This document shows, in pieces, positions 63,591 to 64,000 of a stretch of 64,000 bases of DNA (position 1 is the stretch's first letter; each line of letters starts with the position of its first letter). A program made the position numbers and the translations under genes. The notes under the pieces are model-generated. The model did no database searches. It was not told the origin of the DNA and worked only from the letters and a program-made list of their open reading frames with translations. This DNA is from Balanoglossus misakiensis (Eukaryota; Animalia; Hemichordata). The stretch spans positions 138,814 to 202,813 of the forward strand of contig CM082585.2 of assembly GCA_040954595.2 (NCBI GenBank). Direction: 5' to 3'.

Positions 63591-64000
63591 AATCTTTGAC
63601 AGTTGAATGTTTGTCATGACTGCCAAAAACAATATCATCAACACTGTTCAAAATTGACTTTGGTTTTGGTTGGACCATTTGATAAGAGGTACCGTGGAAA
63701 CCTCTGTCCTTTGGATCAGCTCTAACAGCTGCATATTTAGCTGATTTATCAATATTATCAATGGAAGTTATACAAAATGCATTATTTGCAATATTTTCCT
63801 CTGTGAAATCAGCTGATGTTCTTTTGTTGATAATTCCCAACATGTATCTATGCAATGTATCTCCAGAACAAATAATACCAAATCAATTTAGAATTTTCAC
63901 TAGAGTAGATGACCTACTATAACCTTCAACAATGTCAGCCAGGTAAGTATGCAATGGGTAAGTACAATGATCAGAACAAGTGAACAATAGCATACACACA

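Larger units (their letters stand above)
58306..64000 (-). mobile_element. Decayed autonomous-type Academ (transposase, XPG-like nuclease, Cys8 finger) with an embedded OTU domain; continues beyond the window
   Basis: IDNID..FHGTS, VGDGKT..DWHTLKN, ALDEALEMCVNKD; HEEADSR, SPDTD, TGCD; GCGCKK..C..CKC..CGPACQC..C; stops, frameshifts and insertions. Confidence 0.8.

Overview
Eukaryotic, AT-rich, repeat-dense DNA, most likely from a marine invertebrate animal (inferred from the gene and transposon families; not proven). I found no intact host gene. (1) A near-intact Ngaro-type tyrosine-recombinase retrotransposon (9254-13458; gag, RT/RNase H, YR; split direct repeats A1..B1-A2-B2). Its 5' half plus flank is tandemly duplicated (2.44 kb). 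Pol is in frame with gag behind a single TAG and the YR frame lacks a start ATG. Matching phase-1 splice sites suggest readthrough plus splicing to Gag(SAM)-fusions. (2) A decayed Academ (transposase-XPG-Cys8) DNA transposon at the right end, with an OTU protease domain inside its transposase, plus several non-autonomous TAGTG..CACTA elements. (3) An unprocessed, disabled DNA-PKcs (PRKDC) gene fragment (9 exons, minus strand) and decayed EGF and Cys-rich exons. (4) Remnants of KolobokP-like, Tc1, Gypsy and L2 elements; piggyBac-, Transib- and Harbinger-type MITEs; and pearl/DINE-1-like (HINE) elements carrying ~239-bp satellite units, including a Russian-doll nest. All family assignments come from motif recognition by eye, without database searches.
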